Below, one piece after another: positions 9,017 to 19,514 of a stretch of DNA of 64,000 bases (position 1 is the first letter of the stretch; every line of letters starts with the position of its first letter). The translations under genes were made by a program, and so were the position numbers. The notes below the pieces were generated by a model. It searched no databases. It was not told the origin of the DNA and worked only from the letters and a program-made list of their open reading frames with translations. Source of the DNA: Pseudobdellovibrio sp. (lineage in GTDB: Bacteria; Bdellovibrionota; Bdellovibrionia; Bdellovibrionales; Bdellovibrionaceae); assembly GCA_046293015.1 (NCBI GenBank), contig JBKBPU010000005.1, positions 5,372-69,371 of the forward strand, read 5' to 3'.

Positions 9017-9970
9017 ATGAAAAATAAAAACAGTTTTAAGGCTCATTTGATTTTAAGTATCTCAGTCTTTTTTTTGCTTATTCAAAGCTATGCCTCGACA
9101 GTCGAAAAAGTAGCTTCCGGTAAAAATGGTTTGCCAGATCGCGTACAACTTCAGCTTGATCAACCTGTTCAAGTCGGGCAAAAAATTTACCTTGTAAATG
9201 CTGATCAAAAAAAAGTTGCAATTATCGAGATTCAGAAAGTTAGTTCTGATCAACGAAAAGCTTTAGCTCAAGTATTAAAGGGTAAGGCTTCAGTTGGGTT
9301 AAGTCTACTCGTTCCAAGTGCGGCAACAAATGCACGTGTTCAAAATACAAGTGTTAAAAATTCAGGATCTGCATCAAAAAGTATCAGTGATGCAACAGCT
9401 GAGAGCAAGTCAGTTTCTAAATCTAGCGGTAAAATTTACTATGGCGGTTTAGTTGGAGTGAGTATGAATACACTCAAAACCAAGATAGCGCAGTATAGTA
9501 ATTCAACTCCTGAAGCTGCGACATTGTCTGGAATGGGCTTCAATCTCAAAGCTCTGGTTGACTATAAGATATTGCCTGATTGGACAGTGACGGCAGTTTC
9601 TGGTTTAGATCAATTTGTAGCAAAAGGTAATATTACAAATTTTTATTGTAATAACGGTTCTTCGCAAAGTTGTACCGTCGATATTATGTATTTATCTGCT
9701 GAAGCCTTTGTTAAGTATAACTTGCTAGCTGATCAGGCATGGGTTGGTTTAGGTTATGGCCTGTTTTTACCACTCAGTTATTCGATGAATATTCCGAGCT
9801 TGTCTAAGCCGGGTTTGCAAAACACTGTATTTATTTCAACTGGATATAATTTGAAACTTTCCAATAAAATGATTTTTCCATTTAACCTCCACTATGGATT
9901 GGATCTTGTTGATCCAAGTGTTGAGACAAGTTCTATTCTTATTCAGACAGGTGTAGTTTTTCCATACTAA
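9017..9970 (+). CDS. Outer-membrane beta-barrel protein with an N-terminal domain and Ser/Lys-rich linker
   Basis: Signal peptide, low-complexity linker, alternating beta-strand pattern and aromatic C-terminus (GVVFPY). Confidence 0.65.
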   Translation: MKNKNSFKAHLILSISVFFLLIQSYASTVEKVASGKNGLPDRVQLQLDQPVQVGQKIYLVNADQKKVAIIEIQKVSSDQRKALAQVLKGKASVGLSLLVPSAATNARVQNTSVKNSGSASKSISDATAESKSVSKSSGKIYYGGLVGVSMNTLKTKIAQYSNSTPEAATLSGMGFNLKALVDYKILPDWTVTAVSGLDQFVAKGNITNFYCNNGSSQSCTVDIMYLSAEAFVKYNLLADQAWVGLGYGLFLPLSYSMNIPSLSKPGLQNTVFISTGYNLKLSNKMIFPFNLHYGLDLVDPSVETSSILIQTGVVFPY

Positions 9971-10044
9971 ATAACTCAATAATTTTTTGACAGTAACACT
10001 ATTTTAAGCGATAAGTCCTCAGTCTTAAAAATGAGGGGATCTTC

Positions 10045-10941
10045 GTGAAAATTTCTGTTTCTATTTTTATTATATTATTTTTGGCGTTAGTATCTTGTAC
10101 GAAGTTTAATTTTCAGTCTGGATCAGACATTTTTAAATCAAAACAAAATTCTCATATTATGAACGGATCGGTTGTTACTCAGAATGTTGCGCCGTACAAC
10201 TCAGTCGTTGGTCTTTATGATTCTGAATTTGAATTTACGTGTACTGGAACTTTAATTGCTTCATCGACTATATTAACAGCCGCACATTGTATTGAGAATC
10301 AGGGGCAAGGTTTGTACGTCGTTTTCTCTAACCATTTGATTAACTCTGTTAAAAGTACAACTGAACTTAAAGACAATCCTTTCATTCGCAAAGTAACTGC
10401 AGCATTTGCTCATTATGATTATAAAAAAGACCATTCACCAGATGAAGAGTACGGTTGGAGCGATTTAGCTATTGTGCATTTTGAAGGGCAAATTCCTGAT
10501 CAGTATGTAGCGATTAAACTTGATAAATCTCAACCAAAAGTTAAAGAGATGGTCTTATTGTCTGGTTTTGGAGTTTCAGACGTTCAGATCGAAGGGTTTA
10601 ACGGATTACTTGTTCCAAATGTTGATCAACTTATCGAAGATGGTGATGCAATCTGTATGGATGAAAAAAAGACCACTTGCGCATTGGTTAAGATGTCAGG
10701 AGATGGACCTCTAAGAAGTACGTTTGCTCCTGTAGCTTCGATTGAAGGATTTGAGTTTGTTAATGATGAGACGAAAACAGGAACGTGTTCAGGTGATTCT
10801 GGTGGACCGGCTTTTCGTAAAACTGAAACCGGCTATGTTTTAACCGGCGTGACAAGTCGAGGATCACTTTCTTGTAACGAAGATGGTGTTTATACGCTTG
10901 TTTCTAAGTATTTGACTTGGATTAAGGGTAAACTCAAATAA
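10045..10941 (+). CDS. Trypsin-like (S1) serine protease, probable lipoprotein
   Basis: Catalytic triad motifs TAAHC, SDLAI and GDSGGP; lipobox-like LVSC. Confidence 0.92.
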   Translation: MKISVSIFIILFLALVSCTKFNFQSGSDIFKSKQNSHIMNGSVVTQNVAPYNSVVGLYDSEFEFTCTGTLIASSTILTAAHCIENQGQGLYVVFSNHLINSVKSTTELKDNPFIRKVTAAFAHYDYKKDHSPDEEYGWSDLAIVHFEGQIPDQYVAIKLDKSQPKVKEMVLLSGFGVSDVQIEGFNGLLVPNVDQLIEDGDAICMDEKKTTCALVKMSGDGPLRSTFAPVASIEGFEFVNDETKTGTCSGDSGGPAFRKTETGYVLTGVTSRGSLSCNEDGVYTLVSKYLTWIKGKLK

Positions 10942-10968
10942 TCATAAAAACCAATCTAATGTGTTACA

Positions 10969-10996
10969 GAGCAGCTTTATGCTGCTCGTCTTTTTT
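10969..10996 (+). terminator. Rho-independent terminator
   Basis: GAGCAGC-tttat-GCTGCTC hairpin followed by GTCTTTTTT, downstream of the protease gene. Confidence 0.75.
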
Positions 10997-11026
10997 CTAC
11001 AGACCAATTAGTTTACAATATGTGAC

Positions 11027-12271
11027 GTGATTAAGTTAGTTCACATTTTTTTATTTATATGTGTTTTTTATTTGTTGGGTTGTGCTTCGTATTTAAAACA
11101 AGCAGATCAGACGAAGACTTATTTGCGTTCTCATCAATATGATTTGGCTATTAGTGATTTGAAAGAAAAGGCAGAAACTTCGGGTAAAGATCAATTAATG
11201 TATTTACTCGATTACGCAACTATTTTGCAAATTAAAGGTGAATACAAAAAATCTGCTCTAGCATTTCAAGCAGCAGATAAGCTCATTGATGAAAAAGATT
11301 ATCATTCAGTGTCACAGGTTGTTGGTTCTGCTTTAGGATCAGAGGAGATGATTCAGTATAAAGGTGAATCTTATGAGAAATTTTTAATTAATAGTCTTAA
11401 TGCAATTAATTATTTGATGCTTGGGGATTACGATAGTGCGCTTGTTGAGTGTCGTCGCATTAACAATAAAATTTCAGCCTTTCGAATGGAAGGGCGAGAT
11501 CCTTATGAACTTTCATCGTTCGCGCGTTATTTAGCTGCCATTATTTGGGAGGCAGATCGAAAGTACGATGATGCTTATATAGAGTATGAAGGTGCATATC
11601 AACTTGATCCAAAAATTCCATTTATTGCATCAGATTTGATTCGATCAGCATACTTAGCGCAAAGATTTGATTTAGTTAAGAAGTGGAAAAAAGAATTTGA
11701 TTATCGTCATGCTGATTCTGAAGTTAATCCTATGAAGGATAAGAACTTAGGTGAAATAGTTGTTATATTTCAAGAAGGATTCGGAGCTCGTAAAGTTCCT
11801 CGATATGATAGTCCACGTTTTCCGACACTGCGTCCAGAGTATAATGAATCATCAACTGCCCAAATTGAAATTATAGAAAATAATTCTGTTATTAAAACGC
11901 AAGTTATTTACGATATTGATTCGGTCGCTATGCGTAGTCTTGAAAAAGACTACGCAGCTTTAATTGCTAGACGGGTTGGTGGAATTGTAGCTAAAGCCGT
12001 TGTGTCAGATCAAATAAGACAAAAAAACAATTTACTAGGCGACTTAGCTTGGATTGCGATGAATGTTTCTGATCGTGCTGATCTAAGACAGTGGTCGACT
12101 TTGCCAGCAAAAATTCAAATTGCACGTATTTTTCTAAAGCCAGGAAAATATAAAATTAAAGTGAAATCTCTTAATTCGAGCGGTTTTGAAACTGGTGAGC
12201 CGATTTTAGATATGGATTTATTGATTAAATCAGGTCAAAAAGCATTTGTGAATTATCGATCATTACGTTAG
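11027..12271 (+). CDS. COG3014-like TPR lipoprotein
   Basis: Lipobox LLGC; Y(K)GESYEK…NYLMLGDYDSALVECRR and ADLRQWSTLPAKIQIAR motifs typical of this family. Confidence 0.75.
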   Translation: MIKLVHIFLFICVFYLLGCASYLKQADQTKTYLRSHQYDLAISDLKEKAETSGKDQLMYLLDYATILQIKGEYKKSALAFQAADKLIDEKDYHSVSQVVGSALGSEEMIQYKGESYEKFLINSLNAINYLMLGDYDSALVECRRINNKISAFRMEGRDPYELSSFARYLAAIIWEADRKYDDAYIEYEGAYQLDPKIPFIASDLIRSAYLAQRFDLVKKWKKEFDYRHADSEVNPMKDKNLGEIVVIFQEGFGARKVPRYDSPRFPTLRPEYNESSTAQIEIIENNSVIKTQVIYDIDSVAMRSLEKDYAALIARRVGGIVAKAVVSDQIRQKNNLLGDLAWIAMNVSDRADLRQWSTLPAKIQIARIFLKPGKYKIKVKSLNSSGFETGEPILDMDLLIKSGQKAFVNYRSLR

Positions 12272-12280
12272 CCTTTTATT

Positions 12281-13048
12281 ATGAAAAAGAATAAATTCAA
12301 ATTTTTCTCTCGTTTGTTTGCTATATTTATAAGTTTTTATTTAGTCAGTCAAGATGCGATCTCTAAAGTTCGACTGCCTATATTTGGTCTAAATGTCAAT
12401 GAACAACCTGAATGTCCTGATCGATTAGAGGCTCGTGAGTTAACGCAAATTCAACAAAGTTATAGTCCGAGTTTAAAGCGTTGTTATTTGTCGATCAGTC
12501 ATCGAAACAATTATCAAACTTTAATTTATCGAGATTATCTTATTTCAAATGAAGGTCATCTCATGGCTTTTTTGTCATTTGGTCCTGGACCAGATCAAAC
12601 TTCGACTGGTGCAAAAGAATTTTTCTTTTTCCCACGAAAAATTAAATCGCAGAGCTTTTATTGGGATGATTATGATTCAAAGCTAATTATTAAAGCTTCA
12701 ACACCTTTCGATTTTATCTTTAGAACTGAAACAAGTGAAATTGAAGAAATCAGTCAAGCTCAAGTCTTTATTGATCCAAAAATATCAAAAGAAAATGATG
12801 GTGGTATTAAAATATTACCACGTTCGGGTTTGGTTCTTGAGTTCCCTTTTCAGTTGGGTCGTGCACCGACTTCTATTCCATCGCTCAAGGGAAAATTTAT
12901 TGATGCAAACTCTAACACTTGTAGTTTGAGAGTTTCAGACCTATTTAAACGGCTCACTTCTGATGGTGATGTTGAATTTAAATTTGACGATGTTCAACTT
13001 ACTCGGTATTTAAAAACAAAATGCCCTCAGTTGAAATTTACGCTTTAA
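12281..13048 (+). CDS. Secreted hypothetical protein
   Basis: 255-aa ORF with a signal peptide and 4 Cys. Confidence 0.75.
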   Translation: MKKNKFKFFSRLFAIFISFYLVSQDAISKVRLPIFGLNVNEQPECPDRLEARELTQIQQSYSPSLKRCYLSISHRNNYQTLIYRDYLISNEGHLMAFLSFGPGPDQTSTGAKEFFFFPRKIKSQSFYWDDYDSKLIIKASTPFDFIFRTETSEIEEISQAQVFIDPKISKENDGGIKILPRSGLVLEFPFQLGRAPTSIPSLKGKFIDANSNTCSLRVSDLFKRLTSDGDVEFKFDDVQLTRYLKTKCPQLKFTL

Positions 13049-14310
13049 TAAGCTTTAAAAAAAGGAATACCTATTGAGATACCAGCCATCTCAATAGCGG
13101 ATTGCTCTTTGCCCCAGGTTATGTAATTAAGTTCATAAAAAATTCGATCTCCAAAGCGTAACCATATATTTCGATATGTTTCTCGAGTTGTTGATAAAAA
13201 CATACCATAACTTAAATATTTATTTTTTAAACCGAAGGCATTGTTGTAAGTAATTTCTAATCCTTGTGGAAAAATAACACCAAATTCCATGTCTGAGTGG
13301 CGATCATGGCGATAATGTAAACCTTGAAAGCCAATCAAGGCGCCAAAGATTAACTCGCCATCAAATAATTTAGCGATATCATATGAATAATAAAGGCCAG
13401 AGTTATTAAAAAAAGTGTCATAGGGTATGATGGCGTCAAAGGCTTTAAATGAAGAGTTTTCATTTAAATCGTATTTTCCATATAGCATGAGTGATGATTC
13501 AATTGTTGGGCCTAGTTTATTGTCTCCCTTTCGGCTTGTTAAACTATATGGCCCAAATCCTAGAGCTGTTTTTAAACGATAAAGTCGATCAGGCAAATCA
13601 GCTGAAATTGATACTGAATTTTTAGTATTACTTTTTTTGTGGATGAGAACAGTATTAACCGGTGAATTGTTATTTAAATTAAACAAATAGGGTGGTTCTT
13701 CGCCAGTTGGCGTTGCAAAGTTTGGTGAGCTTAAAGAAACTTCTAATCGAGGACGTTCATGCCCAAGTTGTCCAACACGATGTAACTTACAACCAACTGA
13801 AGAGTATTCATTTTCAAGGCCTGTTATTTTAACTTTATATGTTTGGCAAGAACCATCAATCCATTGTTTATCGGAATTTGAAATGGTTTTGGCGCTTATG
13901 CTCATTTTGTCTATTAGTATAGTATCTTGATAAATTTCTATTGGTTCTGGATGATAAAGATTAACATAAATTTCAGTAACAAAATAATCATTTTCTTCGG
14001 AAGGGAAAATGGTGTGATTTTGATATTTCAAATAAATTGGTTTATATTTTACTGGCACTTTAATTTGCAGTAAAATTCTTGGCGTTAATAAGTTGGTATC
14101 CGGTCTAATCCATTGCAATGAATCTTCAATAAAATGAACCGTGATATCTGCATGCTTTTTTATAACTTCAAAATCAGATAAATCAAGTTTTATTGAAGTT
14201 TTTCCAATTGAAAATTGACCAATAGAGACAGTTTGCGAATAACTTATTTGAGATAAGAAACTGAATAAAGTAAATAAAATAGGTAAATTTATTTTTTGCT
14301 GAAAATTCAT
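13045..14310 (-). CDS. Exported hypothetical protein, C-terminal half beta-barrel-like
   Basis: Signal peptide and aromatic/Gly-rich beta-strand pattern; last gene of the moxR operon. Confidence 0.7.
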   Translation of the reverse strand: MNFQQKINLPILFTLFSFLSQISYSQTVSIGQFSIGKTSIKLDLSDFEVIKKHADITVHFIEDSLQWIRPDTNLLTPRILLQIKVPVKYKPIYLKYQNHTIFPSEENDYFVTEIYVNLYHPEPIEIYQDTILIDKMSISAKTISNSDKQWIDGSCQTYKVKITGLENEYSSVGCKLHRVGQLGHERPRLEVSLSSPNFATPTGEEPPYLFNLNNNSPVNTVLIHKKSNTKNSVSISADLPDRLYRLKTALGFGPYSLTSRKGDNKLGPTIESSLMLYGKYDLNENSSFKAFDAIIPYDTFFNNSGLYYSYDIAKLFDGELIFGALIGFQGLHYRHDRHSDMEFGVIFPQGLEITYNNAFGLKNKYLSYGMFLSTTRETYRNIWLRFGDRIFYELNYITWGKEQSAIEMAGISIGIPFFKAY

Positions 14311-14314
14311 AGGA

Positions 14315-16276
14315 TTAGTTTAACTTTTTTAATGTTCTTTTAAGTAGTGCTAAATCATTTAGATTAGCATTTGGTCCATACATATTTTTTAAATAGAGTT
14401 TAAATGCTAAGTCTATAAGTTCTGGGGTATTTGAAAAATACTGCTTTAATCTTTTTTGCCATAAAGCAGAAGGCTCATTAGGTCTTTGGTCAAGCTGATA
14501 CTTTTTAAAAAAATTGTGAAATTCAATTTGCAAGTTAGTTTTCCAGTTAATATTTTTATTTCGTCGTTTTAATATATACTTTAAAATGAAAAGAAAAATT
14601 ATAAATATAGAAATAATAATTATTATCTCATTTTTGTATTTATTGATAAGGGTCAACAGTTGTGAGTAGTCGACACGTGTATACTCTAGAAAAAAAATTG
14701 TCCATTGATAGTTGATGTAATCCAAAGTTGAAGTGATCATTGCTACAAAAGTTGAATTCGAAATCATTTTAAATACATTCTTTTGAGATATATTATTGCG
14801 ATCCGGCGCGATCACATGAGTTAAGTCAAATCTGATCCAGTTGTCATTTTCATTTAAATATTCTATCCAAGCATGAGCATCTTTTTCATAAACTGTCCAA
14901 AATTGACCTGCGTAATTATAGCGACCGCCATAGTAACCAGTCACAACTCTAGTCGGGATGTTCCAATGTCTGAGCAAAATAGCTGATGCTGAAGCGTAGT
15001 GTTCGCAAAAGCCAACTTTATGCTTAAATATGAAATCTTCTATTTTTGACGATTCGCGTTCTTGTAAATTTGTGGAATATTTAAATCCATTTTTAATAAA
15101 ATAATCACTTAGAATTTTTACTTTTTGCGAAGATGTGAGTTTGTTTTGTTTTAGATTTTGCTGTTCTAATGATTGTACAAGTTTGTCAATTAAATCAATT
15201 CTTCTATTGATTTGCAGGTAATAGTTGCGATCGATTATTTGGTCATTTTTTAAATTTAAATTTTGTTTGAAACGACCAGTATAGATCATTTTTTCTTCGA
15301 GTAATGTGCTAATTGTAAAAGTATTGTTTTTTTCAGAATAAAGAATTTTCAGATCTGAAATAAGCGAATGAGTATTTTCAAGTGTAAATAAGTTATCTTT
15401 TTTGTGCGGTTCTAGAATCACCTTAAAATCATAAATTTGATCATAATCTAGATCTTCATCACGTTCTATAACGTTTTTGCGATCTATGCTTTTTTTCCAG
15501 GTCATACCATAAAATTTATCTAAAACTTGTCCGCGCCAATAAAGTTCATTTTCGACGATATGATTTGTGAAGAATTCAGCGCGAAAGGCAACAATGTTTT
15601 GATTTGAATTAATTTCACTAATCATTCCAGGTTTAAGCTCAGTTGAAAAACCTGTTTCTCCGATTCGACTATAGTAATTTGAAGGATTTTGTTGGGTGTA
15701 ATCCCACTTTAAACGAGGAAATATAATAAAAATTATAATTGTTAAAGGTAATGAATATATAAATACTTTTAATAAAAATCGGTTCGATCGAGTCAAAGAA
15801 TTATTTCTAAATTCTGGGGTTAAAAAGAGTGTGAAGTAGTAATAAAAAGATATGAGTGCATACAAACCATATAGTAGATCAATTTGAAACATGAATTTAC
15901 TTACTGATAAAAATAAACCAAGTAGATACAAAAAATAGGGCCTTGTTTTATTGCGTGGATCGTGCTCTACGAGTCTCGTGCAAGTTAATAATAAGATCAA
16001 TGTTGAGATCATTTCATTTGAGAAAATGAAGCTAAATTGTCTGACAACATAGACTGTAATCAGTAGTGATAAAGCCCCAGTTAAAGCATTTAGATAAGGC
16101 ATTTTTTTATAAAATGTAAAAAGACTGATCGTCCAAATAACAAGAGCTATTTTTGTGTATTCGAAAGGTAACTCTGCCGCAAGGATTAACAGTTGAATAA
16201 ATATAAAAAAATGAAGACCATATAATTTTAAAATATCACGAAAGTTTTGTTGCTGAATACTCATGACTTTATCCAA
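14315..16276 (-). CDS. DUF3488 + transglutaminase-like membrane protein (TgpA-like)
   Basis: N-terminal TM region, GFSTELKPG and LYWRG motifs, and an intact Cys-His-Asp triad (GFCEHYA, HAWIEY, RFDLT). Confidence 0.9.
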   Translation of the reverse strand: MDKVMSIQQQNFRDILKLYGLHFFIFIQLLILAAELPFEYTKIALVIWTISLFTFYKKMPYLNALTGALSLLITVYVVRQFSFIFSNEMISTLILLLTCTRLVEHDPRNKTRPYFLYLLGLFLSVSKFMFQIDLLYGLYALISFYYYFTLFLTPEFRNNSLTRSNRFLLKVFIYSLPLTIIIFIIFPRLKWDYTQQNPSNYYSRIGETGFSTELKPGMISEINSNQNIVAFRAEFFTNHIVENELYWRGQVLDKFYGMTWKKSIDRKNVIERDEDLDYDQIYDFKVILEPHKKDNLFTLENTHSLISDLKILYSEKNNTFTISTLLEEKMIYTGRFKQNLNLKNDQIIDRNYYLQINRRIDLIDKLVQSLEQQNLKQNKLTSSQKVKILSDYFIKNGFKYSTNLQERESSKIEDFIFKHKVGFCEHYASASAILLRHWNIPTRVVTGYYGGRYNYAGQFWTVYEKDAHAWIEYLNENDNWIRFDLTHVIAPDRNNISQKNVFKMISNSTFVAMITSTLDYINYQWTIFFLEYTRVDYSQLLTLINKYKNEIIIIISIFIIFLFILKYILKRRNKNINWKTNLQIEFHNFFKKYQLDQRPNEPSALWQKRLKQYFSNTPELIDLAFKLYLKNMYGPNANLNDLALLKRTLKKLN

Positions 16277-17391
16277 CTTTGTAAAAATAGTTTTTTTTGA
16301 GGATCTGTAGAATCAGCTCTTTTTGTAGGTTCAGACTCTTGTAGTTGTGTTAAGTAAATCATTGCTTGGATAAAATCAGACTTCGATCCTGAGTTAATAG
16401 AAATAATATTTTGAGGGAATAAGATTTCGAGTTTAATTTTGTTTTTGTAAATTTCATAAATCCAGAACGACATTTGTGATTTTCTTTTTTGAAAATCGAT
16501 CAGTATTTCGGTTTGATCCCAGTCTAGATTTACTGCTTTCTGTGAGTTGGTTCGTGAATCGTATTTATTAATATACAAAGTGTCTGTTTTTGCATATGAT
16601 TTCCAGTTGATATCCCTTGTAATGATTTGGTCAGGAGATTTGTCTAAATAAGAAAAATCTTTGTCATCTAGAGTTTTTGTTTGATTTGAGACTGTATCAT
16701 CTTTATTGAGGTTCAATTTTTGACTCTCAAACATCTGATGTGTTAAATAATTTTGACGTTCTGGAAAAACCCAAATCTTTTCATCTGTGAAGTTTCTATA
16801 TTTCCAAACTTTTAAAAAATTAAAAGGAAAAACACTTTCAATTGTTATTTCAGGTATATGTTGTAATCCATATTTGGGAAATTCATATTCAAGGACAACT
16901 AATGTTGATTGTTGGGGTGATAATTTTAGAATCGAAAATATAGAGCTAGGTAAGTTAAGTTTACGAGATGACCACTTTACAACGATTTCAAAAATATTTT
17001 GTTTTCCTGTGTTTTGAATTTTAAAGTATATGGAATGTTTTTCGTTTTGAAAAAAATATTGATTTTTTTCAATGAGTAGTTGCAGTTTTTCTAAATTTTT
17101 ATTTGTTAATAATGTCGTTGTTATACCAACGGAAAATAGAAAAAAAGCAAAAAGAAATATGAGATTATTCTTGTTATTTAAGCTGATGATTATAATGAGT
17201 AAAATCAAAAAACCATAACTAAGACCAAGTGACGTTGGTATGATGTAGGGCTTTGTATTATTAGCTCTGGGTTTAAAGCGTAATTGGATTTTTTTGAAGA
17301 AGTTTTTCAACTTGTTTTTCTCCAAACGATAAACCCTCTTGTTGCGCCAATCGGTGCGAAAGAGTCGATTTAATGACAATCGTAAGATCAT
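16261..17391 (-). CDS. DUF58 family protein
   Basis: YIIPT..G, NNLIFL, SVFPFNFLKVW and INWKSYAK motifs; lies between MoxR and the transglutaminase. The true start is likely downstream (~17325-17310). Confidence 0.85.
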   Translation of the reverse strand: MILRLSLNRLFRTDWRNKRVYRLEKNKLKNFFKKIQLRFKPRANNTKPYIIPTSLGLSYGFLILLIIIISLNNKNNLIFLFAFFLFSVGITTTLLTNKNLEKLQLLIEKNQYFFQNEKHSIYFKIQNTGKQNIFEIVVKWSSRKLNLPSSIFSILKLSPQQSTLVVLEYEFPKYGLQHIPEITIESVFPFNFLKVWKYRNFTDEKIWVFPERQNYLTHQMFESQKLNLNKDDTVSNQTKTLDDKDFSYLDKSPDQIITRDINWKSYAKTDTLYINKYDSRTNSQKAVNLDWDQTEILIDFQKRKSQMSFWIYEIYKNKIKLEILFPQNIISINSGSKSDFIQAMIYLTQLQESEPTKRADSTDPQKKLFLQSWIKS

Positions 17392-18202
17392 CAGGTGTAA
17401 CGTAGTCGCGAGAATTTAAAAAAGCGGTTGCTTTGGCTGCGGAAATAAGCGCTAGCCCTGTTCGCGTCGATAGCGGATGGTACTCAGTTTGATTTTTTCT
17501 TGTGTAGTTTAGTAATTGTGCTACATAAGATGCAATTTGGGCACTAATATGAATTTGGCTAACAATTTTTTGAGCGGTAACAAGTTCTTGATGTGTTATA
17601 ATTTTTTCGATTTGACTTATTTTTGATCTTGGGTTTTCCCCCATGAATATCTTAACTTCAGATGATTCAGATATGTAATCCAAATGTAGACACATTAAAA
17701 AACGGTCGACCTGACTTTCAGGCAGAGGGTATGTTCCGATTTGATGCCGAGGATTTTGTGTGGCCATCAAAAAAAAGATTTCTGGTAAGGCGATAGTCTC
17801 TTGATCCGTAGAGACTTCGCCTTCTTCCATGGCTTGTAAAAGTGCGCTTTGAGTTTTTGGATTAGCGCGATTAAGTTCGTCTGCGATAACGATTTCAGAG
17901 AATAGAGGCCCTTTTTTAAAAAAGAATGTAGAATCCTGGCGATTAAAGACTGATTGACCCAAAATGTCGCTTGGAAGTAAATCATTGGTGAATTGTATTC
18001 GTTTTTGCGATAGGCCAACTAACTTTGCTATCGTTTGGGCGAGAGTTGTTTTGCCAACGCCGGGTTCATCTTCAATGAGAAGATGGCCTTTTGCTAACAG
18101 ACAAGTTACAACAAGGGAAATTTGTTCATTTTTATCTAAAATGATTTCTGATGCTTTTTTGATAACATCTTGAAATTTATCAACGATTTTATTTTCTATC
18201 AT
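17273..18202 (-). CDS. moxR: MoxR-family AAA+ ATPase
   Basis: HLLIEDEPGVGKTT, RIQFTNDLLPSD, ADELNRANPKTQSALLQAMEE and ATQNP motifs. Confidence 0.95.
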   Translation of the reverse strand: MIENKIVDKFQDVIKKASEIILDKNEQISLVVTCLLAKGHLLIEDEPGVGKTTLAQTIAKLVGLSQKRIQFTNDLLPSDILGQSVFNRQDSTFFFKKGPLFSEIVIADELNRANPKTQSALLQAMEEGEVSTDQETIALPEIFFLMATQNPRHQIGTYPLPESQVDRFLMCLHLDYISESSEVKIFMGENPRSKISQIEKIITHQELVTAQKIVSQIHISAQIASYVAQLLNYTRKNQTEYHPLSTRTGLALISAAKATAFLNSRDYVTPDDLTIVIKSTLSHRLAQQEGLSFGEKQVEKLLQKNPITL

Positions 18203-18906
18203 ATTTTTAAAAGTTCTTTTTTTAGATCTACTAGTTTTGGATCAATTTTTTTGTTATCTTGAGTTTTACCAAACCAAATCTGAAAAAGCTGATTTGCAAA
18301 ATTTTCGTCTCCACTGTATTTCAAAATTTTACCATCAGGCTTTTGAACAAGAAGAGTTGCTTTTTGGCTTGACCAATTTGCTGCAATCGAAAAAATTTGA
18401 CCTGTTTTAAATTCTTTAATCTCTGATATTTCTTTGAAAATTTCTTTGAGTTCAGTAGCGTATTGATCTTCATTGATATTGTACGCGCTCAATGCTTCTT
18501 TAAAGGAATCACTGATTTGCTTACCCTTTAAGTCGCGTAACATAATAAGTCTAAGTTGTAATGGGCCTGAACTTTTGAGTGAATTTAATGTTTGATCATC
18601 TTCTTTTTTTAAGTTTTCAGGTTTAGCTAATAAGAGCTCTGCGTGATAGACTTTGACGGTCACTAAACCAAAAACTTTTTTGAATCGAGAACCTGTGGAA
18701 TAGGCCTTGAGTTCAGCTTGAGTTGATCCATCGTCATACTGAGTTGATGATGCTAATTTAACACCATCGATAGTTGATTCAGATAGATTGGTTTTTAAAC
18801 TTTGTGCAAATGTAATGTATGAAAAAAGAGTTATAGCAATGAATGTCAGCCAAAGATATGATGTGTTTGAAGTGTGTTTCGATGCGTTTTTAGTAGATGT
18901 TTTCAT
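18199..18906 (-). CDS. Chalcone-isomerase-like (CHI-fold, probable lipid-binding) exported protein
   Basis: VKVYHAELLL, LRLIMLRDLKGKQI and FANQLFQIWFG motifs; GGAGG RBS before ATG 18906. Confidence 0.75.
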   Translation of the reverse strand: MKTSTKNASKHTSNTSYLWLTFIAITLFSYITFAQSLKTNLSESTIDGVKLASSTQYDDGSTQAELKAYSTGSRFKKVFGLVTVKVYHAELLLAKPENLKKEDDQTLNSLKSSGPLQLRLIMLRDLKGKQISDSFKEALSAYNINEDQYATELKEIFKEISEIKEFKTGQIFSIAANWSSQKATLLVQKPDGKILKYSGDENFANQLFQIWFGKTQDNKKIDPKLVDLKKELLKI

Positions 18907-18987
18907 GAGTCCTCCAATTTTTATGCTGACAAGCCCTTTGACCAGTGTCAATCTAATGATTGTATATCCATTGTGAAAGGATCTAAC

Positions 18988-19491
18988 ATGCGTTTATTAA
19001 TTTCATCTGTTTCTTGTGTATTTGTTTTTTTAGCTGTTGTGTGTTTGTCACCGAAAACATTATCGAAGGAAATGCCTCAGCGTTTAGGTTTTGGGATAAA
19101 AGATAACACGTCTGAAAGTATCCCTTCTTTGGCATTAGTTTATAATCTTAATGGTATGACAGCAGTAACTGGTGGTCTTGGTGTTGATACAAAAAAAGAT
19201 TATTCTAAGTTTCAAATTAACGGAGGCATTAGACATATTATCTTTCATGAAAATCAACTTCATTTTTACGCTGGTGGTCAATTAGGTTTAGTGACTTTAG
19301 AAAACCCAACCGACAAGAAAAACACGGGTTTTGAAGCTAATGTCATAATCGGAACTGAGTTTTTTTTCACAGGTCTTGAAAATGTAGGGTTTTCGTTCGA
19401 AGGCGGCATTGGTTTATCGACTGTGGCACAAACACGTATTCGAACTATAGCTGACCATCCGCTTAAGGGTGGAATTATTTTCTATTTCTAA
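18988..19491 (+). CDS. Small outer-membrane beta-barrel protein
   Basis: AAAGGA RBS, signal peptide, amphipathic strands (GTEFFF…GFSFEGG) and C-terminal aromatic beta-signal (GIIFYF). Confidence 0.7.
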   Translation: MRLLISSVSCVFVFLAVVCLSPKTLSKEMPQRLGFGIKDNTSESIPSLALVYNLNGMTAVTGGLGVDTKKDYSKFQINGGIRHIIFHENQLHFYAGGQLGLVTLENPTDKKNTGFEANVIIGTEFFFTGLENVGFSFEGGIGLSTVAQTRIRTIADHPLKGGIIFYF

Positions 19492-19514
19492 TTTTGAACA
19501 GAGAGGAATTTAAA

